DNA from: Dipteris shenzhenensis
Taxonomy: Eukaryota
Strand: one strand, 5' to 3'
Length of the DNA: 64,000 bases
NCBI GenBank assembly: GCA_047967505.1
Contig: CM106538.1
Shown here: positions 39,429 through 52,943 of the stretch, piece after piece
How the letters are laid out: each line of letters starts with the position of its first letter
Numbering within the stretch: position 1 is the first letter of the stretch
Made by a program: the position numbers and the translations under genes
Notes under the pieces: model-generated
Databases searched by the model: none
What the model was told of the DNA's origin: nothing
What the model saw: the letters and a program-made list of their open reading frames with translations, nothing else

Positions 39429-42400
39429 AATACCACTTTCGTCAGTTTTGCATATTTGCCCTTGTGAGGCAGAAGCTGTGTTTTTTGCAATGGCAGAATA
39501 TTTTGCAATGTTTTGTAATGGCATCTGATTCTCTTTCATAGATTGTCACTGAAAAGCTTGACAAGAACAACTTCCAAGCATGGAAGTTTAGAATGATGAA
39601 TTTCCTTATGGGAAAAGGTTATTGGGAGTTCATTACAGGAAATGAAGAAGAACTAGTTCTTCCTAATGTTCCCAATCAACAGGAAATGCAGGCATTTAAA
39701 GGATGGCATGAGAGAGCCAGAAAAGTTATGTACTGGCTGTCTATCAGTATTTTACATTCTATGATTGTGCATATTCAAGATGCAAGTACGCCAAAGGAGG
39801 CATGGGATACTTTGGCAAAAATGTATAGCACAAATAGGCAAGCCAAGAAAATGCAACTCAAGCAGGAGTTGCATAATGTGCAGAGAGAAAATATGAGCAT
39901 CAATGACTACCACATGAAGGTGAAGAAAATTGTAGATGCACTTCCTTCCATTGGGTCGCTAGTGGAAGATGATGATTTTCTGTGACCATGAATGGTCTAG
40001 GAAAGGATTATGCATAGTTCTGGACACCCATTGCGGTCCGTGAAAAATTTCCTAATTTTGAGGAGTTGTTTGCTCGTCTAATTTCTGAAGAGGAGAGAAA
40101 TGGTGGTGCATCTTCTTCAGGAGGAACTTCGAAAGAAATTGTCTTCTACTCAAATGCTGGAAGAGGTAGAGGTAGAGCAGGCCGATCTGGAGGCCATGGT
40201 AGAAATCAAAATATGCAGCAAACTCAAGAAAACCAGTCCTATGGAGGAGGACATGGTAACTCTAGAGGCAGAGGGAGCCAAAGAGGTCATGGTGGATGGC
40301 AGAGAGGCCAAAATGCAAACAGCAATGTTGAATGCTACTACTGTGGTAAAATGGGTCATATGGCTAAAGACTACTATAAAAAGCAAAATGACATCATGAA
40401 TGGAAAATTGCATCAAGGGAATTATGCATCTTCTAGTATACAGGGTGATGACAGAAAGGAGCATCTATTTATGGTGCAGCACATGACCAATTCTGTGACA
40501 AGTGCAGAAGAAAGCAATGATGTGTGGTATGTTGACTCAGGTGCATCAAACCACATGATAGGTTATGTAGAATGGATGCAGGATGCAAGGAAAATGGAAA
40601 GACCAGGATTTATGGAGATTGGTGATGATACTGCACATCCTATTGTGCAGATTGGTAAAATTCCTTTGTCTATGCAGGATGGGAAAAAGAAATACCTGTC
40701 TGATATATTTCATGTCCCAAATATCACCAAGAACCTAGTTTCTGTTGGTCAAATGGTTGAGCAGGGCTTGCAGGTCAGATTTAATCCTCATGGATGCTTT
40801 GTTGAGGATATGAAAAATAACGGTCGCTTGATAGCAAAAGGAAAGAAGAAGAGCAAGATGTTTATGTTGGATGTGGACATGCCTGAATTGAGTGCAGCAA
40901 TGTTTGCACATGGGACCGGTGTCATTGCAGATATTGATATCTGTCATAAACGCATTGGTCATGTTAATGTACAGCGACTTAAATTAATGCAGGCCCAAAA
41001 TATTGTTACAGGATTGCCTAAATTCAAGGTTGCAGAAATGCATAAGGTATGTGAAGCCTGTCAATTTGGAAAATAGGCAAGGAAACCATTTCCTAGACAT
41101 GTTCAAGAGAGTAAGAAGCCATTGGAATTAATGCACTCTGATGTGTGGACTACTAAAGCAGCATCTATTGGAGGCTGTCATTATTTTGTCACTTTTATTG
41201 ATGACTACAGCTAGAAAGTTTGGGTGTATTTTATGAAAAAGAAAAGTGAAGTGTTTGGGAATTTCAAAGCTTTTAAAGCTATGGTTAAAAAAGAAACAGG
41301 CCTGCAAATAAAATGCCTAAGGTCAAATCGAGGGGGAGAGTACCTCTCAAATGAGTTTGCAAGGTTCTTGCAGGAGGATGGCATAAAGCAGCAATATTCA
41401 TGCAATCATACCCCACAGCAAAATGGACTTGCAGAAAGGAAAAATAGGCATATTGGAGAGGTATCTCGGGCCATGCTAAATGAAAAAGGCCTACCAGACT
41501 ATTATTGGGCTAAAGCAGTTGCTACAGTAGTTTACATAATGAGCAAGTCTCCCACTGCACCAATACATGGCATGACGCCAGAGGAGATGTATACTGTTAG
41601 GAAACTAGATATTTTTCATTTGAAAATTTTTGGTTGCATTGCCTATGTTCATGTGCTAGATGAGTTGAGCTCCAAGTTGGATCCAAAAGCTGAGAAGTGC
41701 ATCTTTATGGGTTATTCTCTGCAGCAAAAAGGGTATAGATGCTATAACCCTTCTACTCGTAAGTTTATAGTGAGTAGAGATGTTGTCTTTAATGAGATGA
41801 GCAGCTGATATAAACCAGTAAATGTGATTGATGATGTAGATGCACAAAATGGTAATGCTACATAGAATTCACAGCAGCAATCACAAAATATTAGTGGACC
41901 TGCAGTGTCCTCTAGTAGTGGTTCACATACTTCACCATGGACAAGCAGATTGAGATCAGGAGAATCTCCTCAAAGCAATGCAGATAGTGGTATGCAGGTA
42001 TCACGAAAAGGAAAAGAGAAGGTAGATCAGCCCAAGTTTGATGTGAATGCAGGTCACTCTTATATGGATGGTGAATCCAGTGGCTCAGAACAGAGCATTC
42101 ATGATGAGTTGGGTATTCCTTCTGTTGTTACACCTAGAGTAAGGAAGACCAAGGATGTTTTGAGAGCACCTAGAGGTGAGCCTATTTTGCGCAGATCTAC
42201 CAGAGGTAGGTATCCTATAGATAGGCTAAAATATGATGGATTTACAGCCATTCACTATGCCTATATGGTCAAAGTGATACAGGAACCAGAATCCACTTCT
42301 TTTGAGCAAGCCATGGGAAAAGAAAACTGGGAGAAGGCCATGGATGAAGAAATGGATGCCTTAGAAGCAAATGCTACATGGGAATTGGTGCCTTTGCCTA

Positions 42401-42525
42401 AAGACAAGAATGCAATTGGCTATAGGTGGGTTTATAAGGTGAAGCACAATGCAGATGGTTCTATGAACAGATATAAGGCAAGATTAGTTGTCAAGGGGTA
42501 TGCATAGACATATGGCATTGATTAT
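39429..42525 (+). mobile_element. Older truncated copy of Copia family B (gag-PR-INT-start of RT), no LTRs
   Basis: Collinear with 52855-55960 but with many stops. Confidence 0.95.
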
Positions 42526-42554
42526 ACAGGAATTAAAGTGAATGAGTTTGAGTT

Positions 42555-43560
42555 GTGTTCAAAGTATCATACCCATAGGACAAACGCACATGCGATAGGA
42601 GCACACCAATACAAATTTTTGATACTCATGTATGAGACGTGGTGAAAAATGAGAACATATGCATGTGCAACCATGCAAACGGTGTCTGATGGACATGATA
42701 CTTTTCACGGTCCTTAAATTAAATAGGTTTAAGTCATGTGCAAAGTATCGTACCCATCAAACAAATGCACGTGATAGGATCATCAATGCATATTTTTTTA
42801 TAGTCGTGTATGGGACGTGGTAAAAAACACAAAAATATGTGTGCCCAACCATGCAAATGTTTTCTGATTGACATGATACTTTGTATGGGATTTAAGTGAG
42901 TAGTTTTAGGGTGTGTGAAAAGTATTGTACCCATCGGACATATGCACATGCGGTGGTAGCACACCGATGCATATTTTTTCATATTCATGTATGAGATGTG
43001 GTGAAAAAATAAGAACACATGCCTACCCAACCATGCAAACAGTGTTTGATGGTCATGATACTTTGCATGGGCCTTAAAGAGAATAGTTTTAAGGCATGTA
43101 CAAAGAATTGTATCCACCATCAGACATATGTGCATGCGATAGGAGCATGTCGATGTGTATTTTTTCATACTCATGTATGGGACGTTGTGAAAAATGAAAA
43201 CATATGTGTGTCTAACCATGTAGTGTCTGGTGGACATTATAATTTGCATGGGCCTTAAATTAAATAGTTTTAAGATTTTTGCAAAGTATTTTATTCATTA
43301 AAAAAATGCACATGCGATAGGAGCATGCTGATGCCTAGTTTTTATACTCATGTATGAGACATGAAAAATGAGAACATATGCATGCTCAACCATGCAAACG
43401 GTGTCTGATGGACATGATAACTTACATAGGCCTTAAAGCAAATAGGTTTAAGGTATGTGCAAAGTATAATACCAATCAAACAAATACACATGTGATAGAA
43501 ACATGTCGATGCATATTTTTTTATACTCATGTATAGGACATGGTGAAAAACACACAAAAT
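42555..43560. repeat. ~180-bp tandem repeat, about 5.5 diverged copies
   Basis: AAAGTAT anchor recurs at ~42561, 42742, 42919, 43102, 43283, 43461; related motifs at 30290-30530. Confidence 0.88.
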
Positions 43561-45178
43561 TGCAACAATCTGGAGGCCACTTGAGTGACACTTGTGGATG
43601 GCTCATGTTTTGCATTGCGCTCTCACAAGGAGTATCTTGGAGTGGAGGCTCCATCGGCATCTCTTCAACATCCCCACGACACGAGTCACCACCGAGACCC
43701 ACATATTTTTTGCACCACTATCAAGGATAAAAGGTATGCTTTTGCATTGCACTTGTCTTCCTTGTTATCTACCATTACAGAAGGCTTCAATCTTAACTTG
43801 GAGCTTTGTTAGTGGATTTGTAGGAGAAGAAAGAGTGAAGAAGTGAGAGTTGTGGAAGGAAAAGTAGGAAAGCTGTCATTTTGTGTTGGAAAGTCATTTT
43901 CGAGCATTTGAAGCTTGTTTTTGGTGCTTTTTAGTGTTTAGAGTTGATAGGAAGTTAGTTTGTGAGATTGCTAAGGAGTGTGTGATTCCAAACACATCAA
44001 AAAACAACAAAAATGATGATTCTTGCTGAATTTCGAAGTTGTTTTGTGCTCTAGAACTCACTCCTCAAGAAGTTTTGCATTTTGGCTTGCAAAAATTGTT
44101 TTTCTTCCAAGTATTCTTCATTGTGTAGGTAGACTAGGTAGTGTAGCACCCCCTAGCATAACAAAACTAGAACAAAAACTCAAAATCCCCCAAAAATCCC
44201 AAAAAACCAGTCATGTGGCAACATAGTGTTCCTATCGACAGTGCGTTAGCAATATCCTGTCGGTCAAACCACATTGACCCGGCATGATAACTATATCACA
44301 CTTACCTAACCTCTGACCATGGCCTAACCCATCGCCTTGATTAAATGCATGTCAGAGTTAACTATCCTACAGACTTGACAGCCACTGACCCGTGGCCTTA
44401 GAGTGATCCCACCGATCATTGCTATCTCGTTATTTCGCTGATCTCTACTCTACCAGCCCGTCGTTCTGTGTGATACATTATCCCCACGCCCGTGGTCATA
44501 TCCATATCCAGTCGATTGTCACAATATGCCTTCTCTGCTGCCCATCGTGATAAGTATTCCACTGCCCGTTGCATTATGCCTATCATATCACCTGTTTCTA
44601 TTTCTATTCCGTTGATTGTCATGACACGCCTACTCCGCCGCTTGTCACGATAATTATTTTGCCACCCATTGCTATTTTTATTCCACCAATCTGAAATGGC
44701 CCCTTTATATAATGTGCATTACTAAATGTCATTTTCACATTCACTATTCACACTCCTACTTCTCAGGACCTTCTCACAACCAACGTACACTAAAAATTGA
44801 CCTTGGGTTGATTTAACACACACACACACACACATACGTTCTAAGACACACTTGCACATATTGTACATTGATCTTAGGTCAATTTGAGTAGGGTATTGGA
44901 CATAGTGGCCAAGATTTGCAAATGACCATTTGTGGATTTGATGATCACACACACACACACACACAGACACACACGCACACACACACACACACATGCATGC
45001 ACACATGCACGCACGCACACACACACACACTAAAACATGTTTTTGAATTTTCCAATGAACCTTGGGTCGATTTGCACCTCATGGATGTTCGTGATCACTC
45101 ACACGCCCACACAAATAGATTTTCATACATTAGATACACAAGCTATTCTAAGACATTAGGTTGATTTTCATCTCATGG

Positions 45179-45211
<33 letters not shown>

Positions 45212-45496
45212 TGCAACATCCATGAGGTTTTGAATGACTTAGTGTGTGGGTGAGTGGTCATCAAATAGACCAAAGCAAAGCTTGTTCATTGTGTACATCA
45301 CCCTATGCTATCACTTCTGAAATTGACCCAAGTTCGGATTGCAATGACTAGAATGGCTTTTTTATGTACTAAGGGATATTGATGACTCATCCTTCCTTAA
45401 AATTTAACACACACACACACACAAATTTAAAAATAAAAAAACCATTATATGAATTTGGAAATTATCACTTAGAAGCTTGGCACAAAATGAGCCAGA

Positions 45497-45760
45497 ATGC
45501 AAAGTTGTTTAACTAAAGGATGGATTGAAGGTGACAGAAGGGACAATTTTATCAATTCTCTATCAATTGATCCAAATGGTTATGGCCACTTTTTACCATT
45601 GGGGTATGGGATGGTATCAGTTTCTATTAATTCTTCCTACATAGTTTTTAATGTTGAGCTTCCATACCTTAACATAGGTGCATCCCATGTCAAAGAGGCA
45701 CTTAGTAGTATTGTGCATTGGCACTCTAATGCAATGCAACTCTTATTAGAGGCAACCTCA
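45497..45760 (+). pseudogene. CACTA TnpA-associated (Tnp1/En/Spm-like) domain fragment
   Basis: GHFLPLGYGMVSVSI...NVELPYLN..ASHVKEALSSIVHWH resembles the H-x-PLG..V..LP.P....A.G..V.WP pattern. Confidence 0.5.
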
Positions 45761-48700
45761 AACACTAGCACACATGTACCAAATGTTGTACTTGGAGTAG
45801 GTCCACAACCTTTAGGCATGTGGCCATGTACATGCCCTCAATGTTATAAAGGATTTGATTGTGTACAAACTACTCCTTATGATAATTGGCTAGCTTTAAT
45901 GGCTACATTTTTTAAATCATTTTTCTTGTTTAAGAAGCTATTCAAGGACATGCTTGTAACATGATACTAGAGGAAGAGAACGTGCAAAGGTGACATGAAA
46001 AGTATACTTATGGTTACAACATTTGGAAACAAAGCTAGGGGAGGGTCACATACTTCTTGTGCATCCATATGAAACAATTAATAGAGTTAAGGGTGAAGTT
46101 GCTAAAATGGCCAATTGAATGACTTACATTTGAGGATGGGAGTAGGTTATTCCTAAGATATCCTTTTGAAAATGAGGAAATATTGATATTTTTTCCTTTT
46201 TGTTGACGACTTATATGGGAAAAACAAATAAAAAAAGAAATAGCTTTATAAAATGATAAATAGCAAAGGGTAAGAAAATAGTGGAAGTAAAACAAGGTTG
46301 GCCATGAAATTTACCCCCAGGGCTATCCAAAGAGGTGCATTCAGGTATTGATTGTTATAAAGGACATTTTTATCAAGTTACTTATTGGGAAATGGTTTTT
46401 AATGTGCAACAATAGTATTGGGGTCAATGTTTTACCGATTGAGTGAATCACATTTACAACCACCTAAAAACATTCGTGACAGTTGAGAGCCATGTATAGG
46501 TGGACTAACATCCTTCATAGGAAACATGACTATTTATTGCAAGGCTTGGTACATGATATAGGAAAACTTTCTATAGATACAAGAAGCAATACGGTCTTGG
46601 AGTGCAAAAATGATTTATTCTTCATATTGACGTCAAAGAATGCATTAGATTACCACGTGTGAAGATGGAATTTTCAAAGGAGGATGAGCAACATTCATGG
46701 ACAAGAATGCTTCAGTAATTTTGGAAATTTTGCTTTTGGGATGAATTTGATCATCTCTCTCCCTATCCTCTTTATTGAAAAGTATAGGCTAGTGCTCAAA
46801 CTTAAGTTCAAACATGGCACATGTGAAAAGTAGAGGCCATTCTCAAACTCAAGTTTGAGCATGGCATGAAATTAATACAGTTGCCTTAAGTTTCCATATA
46901 AATCAAACACCCTATACCCCATGTCTAAGATGCCCCATGGCTTCTTCCTAATTTTATAAGATGCACGAGGATCTAGGAGGACAAGGGGAGGGCTAGCACA
47001 AAGATTCTTGCCACCTCATAAAATATTTCTAGAGATAGGGGTGGGACAAGATTCCTTGCCATCTCAACCTCTTTTACACATTTTATATTTCCATGCCATT
47101 GACCTTGTGCCTAGCTCACTTAATGCTGCCATGGGTTTGCCTAGGTGGCAAGGTGGCCCATGGAGATTCCTTCACAATCATACACCTCTCCCATATCTTA
47201 TTCTAGAAGAACCACACTTGCATAAACAAACACCAAATGCACACAATATTTTATAGCCTCCTTCTACTTTAGGCTATTTCACATTATTTTCTTCATGAAA
47301 TAACACCAAGTATACTATAGCATATGGAATCGTAATACCTATGACAATACCACAAATGCAACCTTGAAAGCATAAGAGAATCTTCCAATGGCCAAGAACA
47401 AGAGTAAGAAGGATGGTTTGAATATTGATGATGTCTTAGATCTAATTAGTGAAAGATAAAGTCCATTTGAGCAAAAAGCCAATGCATGCAAAGACAATTT
47501 ATAATAATTGGATGATCTCTTTCGTTATAGTCCAAGTGTAATCGATCCTCTTTCATGAATGTTAATTAGACTCAACCTTTGCATTCTACTTTTTGGTACT
47601 AGTTCGTTCGAATTCGGTCTTGTTTTATGAAGTAATTTATAAAATTATATTGTGTTCAACAAAAGTTATTATTAATTATCTTAATTAACAATAATGATTG
47701 ATTAAGAATAATTATTTGATTAATTATTATTAATTATCTTAATTAATAATTATTATCTTATTTAACTATAATTATTCTTAATTATCTTTATTTTGTTTTG
47801 ATCAACAAATTCAATATATAATCTACTCTAATCAACTACATCAATGAAATTGCTTGGGGCCATAAACAGGTGGAATTCATTGTAGTCATCACATAACAAC
47901 AACTTCATGCATGCAATGTCTTGCAATGGAAGCATGTATCATATACACACTGAGTATATAGCATATCATAAACATGGAAACTAATAACATCAGGATTCAC
48001 AACTGTGAGTAGCATGCAAACCAAATCAACCTTAGCTCATTTGAATGCACACAAATGCCTTCAATGCAATTCAGTTGTAAACATCTCGCAAATCTTGAGA
48101 AAACATGCCAAAATTAAGAGTTTTAAGCAATTCATTGAACAAAATAGATATAAAAGTGTGCATTTTCTTGCTTCTTATCCAATTTTGAGATTCCAATTTC
48201 ACAAGGTTTTCCCACTTTTTCTAATATGGTCTTTCATGGGGTCCCCATCAATGAGGCTACTACCTCACAGAGGTGGTTCTCCAAGGTATCAGTTCCTCTT
48301 AAAGTCTTTACTTCTAGCATGACCATGATCTGAGCCTAGCCAATTTTGTGTAGTGTATAGTTGGTCGTCTCTTGTGCACTCTTCTTTTTGGCTCTCTCTA
48401 CCTCCTCCCTCCCCCCCCAAAAAAAAGAACTTTTTTTGGGGATACAAAACTAGCCATGGAGCCCCAAAATGGTTGCAGGTCCACAATCATTTTGGGGCCT
48501 TCACCACCATCTTTGTGCGCCCCCCCAAAAAAAAAACGTAAACTGTTTTTGGTCCCTCGCCACCATTTTCAGGTCCAAAAAATAATGATAAATTTTTTTC
48601 TTGGGCCTAAAAATGGCTGGGGTTTTACCTCATATTAAAAATATTGATTAATTAGTTACATACAATTTATATCATTTACATATTGCGTAAGAAAAGTTGA

Positions 48701-49936
48701 GATTAGAAAGCTTAGAAGAGAAAGGTGCTAAATTTAACGGTATTGGATATGGAAAAGGTTGGGAGCAATTGGCCAAAAAGATTTACTTGGGGAGGGGAAA
48801 CCATTATGGCAGTTGGTCTTAGGTTTGTTGACAATTGTTTTTTATTGCAGTCGGAAAGGGTAGTGTATTTAGATACAAAATTGCAATGTGAAGAATTTTT
48901 ATTGTAACATGATATGTATCCATCCCAAACTATGAAATGTTGAGAATTGTAATCGTCAAATAAATCAAACTTCATATGAGTTGTTGTTAAGGATCTACGT
49001 CCTGTGACTATTATAAGTGGGAAGCTTTATTTTCTATTCCATGGATGTAAGCAAAAATTTGCAATCATGCATGCAAAATTGCTTCAAAACTCTTTGATTG
49101 TAATTACCTTGTGTCAACATAATACCATGCATATCTCTTCATATTTTTTTGTGGAGAAGATAATGCTTTTGAGTGTCTACTTGCCTTGTGACACATAATA
49201 CCATGTGATCTCTTCATGTCTCCATGTAAAACTTTGATATGAATTGTTTTTTGACTTTTGAAACAAGCTTGCCTCATTAGATCCCATGATGATTAAGGCA
49301 TCCATATAAAGACTAATAACTCTCTCTCTCTCTCTCTCTTCCCCTGTGATAAGATGAAGACATAGTGGCTTGTATGCATATTATATCAAATCTAGAAATA
49401 AGTCCTTTAGAAAATTTTGAGTATGCCTTCTACTTCTTATGGTGTTTGAAACCAAAAATTGTTTTCTTAAATGAATCTCTCCTACACTTAGTGTTGCATG
49501 TTCATGAATTATCTCTATATGAAATTGAACAATGATATTCATAACCTATAGCGCATGAAAATCTCACTTTGGTAAAAAAAATGAAGTTTGTTCAAAAGCA
49601 TATATTCAATATTGTCAAAAATAAATAAAGTTTGCCTCATATGTATATATTGCTTGCTAAGTCCATAAGTCCCGTTCATTATAAACACCAAAGCAATAAA
49701 GAACATTAATATTTTTTCAGTTCATTATAAACACCAAAGCAATAAAGAACATTAATATTTTTTCCTTGTCCAACAACTGAAAGCCAAGATAACCCAAGAT
49801 TTGAAGAGCCGTCTTTTCCAAAGTTCTTAGAGACAAGGATTCTTATTTTTGAGCTGAGGAAACTGCCCAGGTTCCAACTCTTAGAGCCCAAAGTTATCCA
49901 AAGTGCAAGGCTCAAAGTTTCACACCCAATTGCTGA

Positions 49937-50398
49937 TCATACGCAGAAACAACACTGCTGCATGATCGATTTCTTTCTTCTTTGTAGCACTATTTCTTGT
50001 TTGTCCAGAACATTGCCTTGTTTGGAATGAACTGCGCTTTGGCTTTCTGATTCGTCGTTCGTCTTGATGCTCCAGCTGCTAGTGTACTCAGCATCCAAAC
50101 TGGTCTCATCGCTGTTGTCAAGGTTTTTCGCTCCTCGTTCTTTGATGGAAGCCATATCCCCTGTCAAGCTTTCAGATCCAGCTGCTGCATTCGTCTTGCA
50201 AAAGCTGAAGCTGCTTTCCTCCCCTTCAAGACTTGCCTCCTCACTTTTCTCTAGCTTTCCTCCATTGAACCCACCTATCAATTCCTTCAACGACGGTCCC
50301 ACGTTGCGGGAAGTGCTCACACCATACATTAAGCTTGTCTCCCCCGAGGATAACTCGTGCTCCATGCTTTCCTTCGTTCGCTGAGACGCGCCCTCCAT
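49937..50398 (-). CDS. Candidate host gene: Ser/Glu-rich disordered protein with C-terminal polybasic-Cys tail (RRKKSIMQQCCFCV)
   Basis: Clean ORF (197 codons open to 50530; first ATG at 50398 gives 153 aa), CpG retained unlike flanks, AT-rich downstream region, upstream TATA-like motif ~51000; start uncertain. Confidence 0.6.
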   Translation of the reverse strand: MEGASQRTKESMEHELSSGETSLMYGVSTSRNVGPSLKELIGGFNGGKLEKSEEASLEGEESSFSFCKTNAAAGSESLTGDMASIKERGAKNLDNSDETSLDAEYTSSWSIKTNDESESQSAVHSKQGNVLDKQEIVLQRRKKSIMQQCCFCV

Positions 50399-52088
50399 GT
50401 GCAAGGACTCCCTTCTCTCCACAGAGTAGTGTGTGCGCACTGGCGTCTGAATAACGCGTGCCTGAAAGGATTCAAGTACTGAATTGACGCATATTCTTTT
50501 CTCTGGAATTGTGTTTCTGAAGTCGTTCACGTGCTAGAGATTCGAACTACCCACCTCTCGTATTCTTGATGATCTCGTCACTAAAGCCTGTTACGTCAAT
50601 GGCCATGAGAGAAGTTCAAGCAGAGAGAGTCTTTAATTTGATCTACGGCACGGAAACGGCAGATGCTGTGCGAGGTGCTGTGAAATGTAACAAAAGCCGG
50701 CAGCAGGTCGGGATTACATATGAAGGCGTGCGGCAGAAGCGCATAAGAATTGCCTCCACCAAGTTTGCAAACTTTTCATCTTATTCTGCACATTTTGAAA
50801 AGCTCATCGTAAACATCTCCTTCGATCGATTTTGAAATTATGTTAGTCCAAATTCGTGGTCGATTATCCGAACACTTTCGTAGGCCGTCTCGTTCCAATC
50901 GCAGAAACGTAATACATCCAAAAATACAAATGTCCTCTTTAATAAAGATGCTTGGATATTCCTTCCGAGCAACTCTACAAAGCATCCTTTGCATTAATAT
51001 ATAAGTTCAATGAGAACTAGTTTCATGAAGAACCTTTGTACAATCCTAACTTCTAAGCAATGCCAAAATATGAAGACAAGCTAAAATATTCGAACTATTC
51101 TTTTGGCTACACATGTTTGCCCACGATGTAACAATGACCTTTCTCAATATGTGGCACAACCTCATGGCCCCTCTTAGCCTTAAAAAATAAAGTCGGACCA
51201 ATACTCTCGCAAGGTGAGGCCCTAAATAATAGAATCCACACAAGGTGTTTTCCTTGTGACATAACTTTTATGGATGCATCTCTTTTTGCACATAGGAGGG
51301 GAAAACGAGACCTAAATTACGTGTGTTTCTTTAGTGTCTTTTCATAAGAGAGAGTATTGATAGATCTCTAGATTTCATTGAATACTCAGCTTATAAGAGA
51401 AGCATTACGCTAAAATTTGGCTCAAAAAGTGTCCATTTCTAAAGGCTCGATAGTTTTAAAAGTTAAATGGATGATGTGATGAAATAAGAATGCATGTGTA
51501 AGAGTGGAATATAGCAAGATTTCTTATATCATAGTTGAATAACCCAAGAAAAAAATGATGAACTCCCTTGAGTTAAGTAATAAGCTTTACTTTAAAAAAA
51601 GAGACCATCTTGTAGACTTGAGACTAAGCTTTACTATTAAAAAAGAGACCCTCCTCTAGACTTGAGAATCTAATCCCCGACTTATAGAGTGTCACTACTA
51701 TAGTACACACCACTGTAGATGCTTTTCCCAATGTAAATTGACTTCTCTACATTTTTTTCCAATGTAAATAGACTTCTCTACCTTTTTTTTTGTTTTGGTT
51801 AGCTCAAGAAATAATTAAAAATTATCAGTATAGAACTGCTAGAATTGGCAAATGCATTTATGAAGACATTTATTAGCACTATTTTATAACATCTAGGCAT
51901 AAGCATGAAAAGGTAGACCACTTTTGTAGCTATTTAGCCTTGAGGATTCACAAGGGGCAACTGATGATATCATGTGAGTGTCTAATAGGGGGTTTTTTAA
52001 GATGAGGCATAAGCTTATACATTAGGGGTGGGGGCTATTTTTTCCTTTGCCCAATAATAAATTTAAGTTAGGGGGGACATGCCATCTT

Positions 52089-52440
52089 TGTTGAGATATC
52101 GAGCTCCACTCGAGATATGCCAGGGTGACCATTGGGTACTTATGTCACCGACTTGTTAGCTGGAGATGTGGTTGGTACACCGCCCACGAATAATAGCTGG
52201 ATGACAGCTATCCTTATCTACACTAGTTCGTGGCTCAGTTAGTATGCCACCTTAGTTAGTTGAGTTTGGTTTGAGACCCACATATAGGGTTCTTCTATTT
52301 CTTTGTACTAGTGTTCTTTTGGCTTTCACAACTAAGAAGAGGAAAACTGTTTTCAGCCTCCACCTTCGTGTGTATTCCCCCATTGTGCATGTGAGAAAGC
52401 CTCAAGTGAGACTCCTTCCCTCTCTCCCACAATCTTCACA
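52089..52440 (+). repeat. 5' LTR, Copia B
   Basis: TG...CA, direct repeat of 57268-57619. Confidence 0.97.
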
Positions 52441-52943
52441 TGGTATCAGAGCCTTGTTCGTGGTAAGGAGCTCAAGAAAGCAAACCAAGTTCGCAGTGTC
52501 CTGGTAAGAGGACCAGTGTTGCTTTCCTATTTCGAGTTTGGGAGCAAATCTCTGCAGGTAGCACAGCCAGAAGTGCAGGAGTGCACTGTTTCAGATTGAG
52601 ACGCCCTTCGCGGTGTGGCGAGAGCGCAGTATATGCTTTGAGGCCGTTTCGGGGCCCGTTTTGAAGGCGGAAGTTCTTCGCAGGCACTCAGAGAAACGCC
52701 CTGTTTTTTGCTGTGCGACCACTGCGCGGCTGGTCGGTGGAAAGGTGCCACAGAAATTGCATCGTATGCCTGTGTGCAGAGATACTGGGAGTTGCAGATT
52801 CATGCTTGTTGCCTGTTGATGCAAAATCGTCACTAGAAAGTGACTGTGTGGTGGAATACCACTTTCGTCAGTTTTGCAGATCTGCCCGTGTGAGGCAAAA
52901 GCTGTGTTTTTTGCAGTGACAGAATTTTTTGCAGTGTTTTGTA

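Noticed and set aside
44210-44226. ...GGCAACATAGTG as a CACTA/Transib terminus
   Set aside because: No partner end or TSD found
46000-46700. Possible Ulp1-like protease relic after the TnpA-like fragment
   Set aside because: Too degenerate; catalytic motifs not convincingly readable
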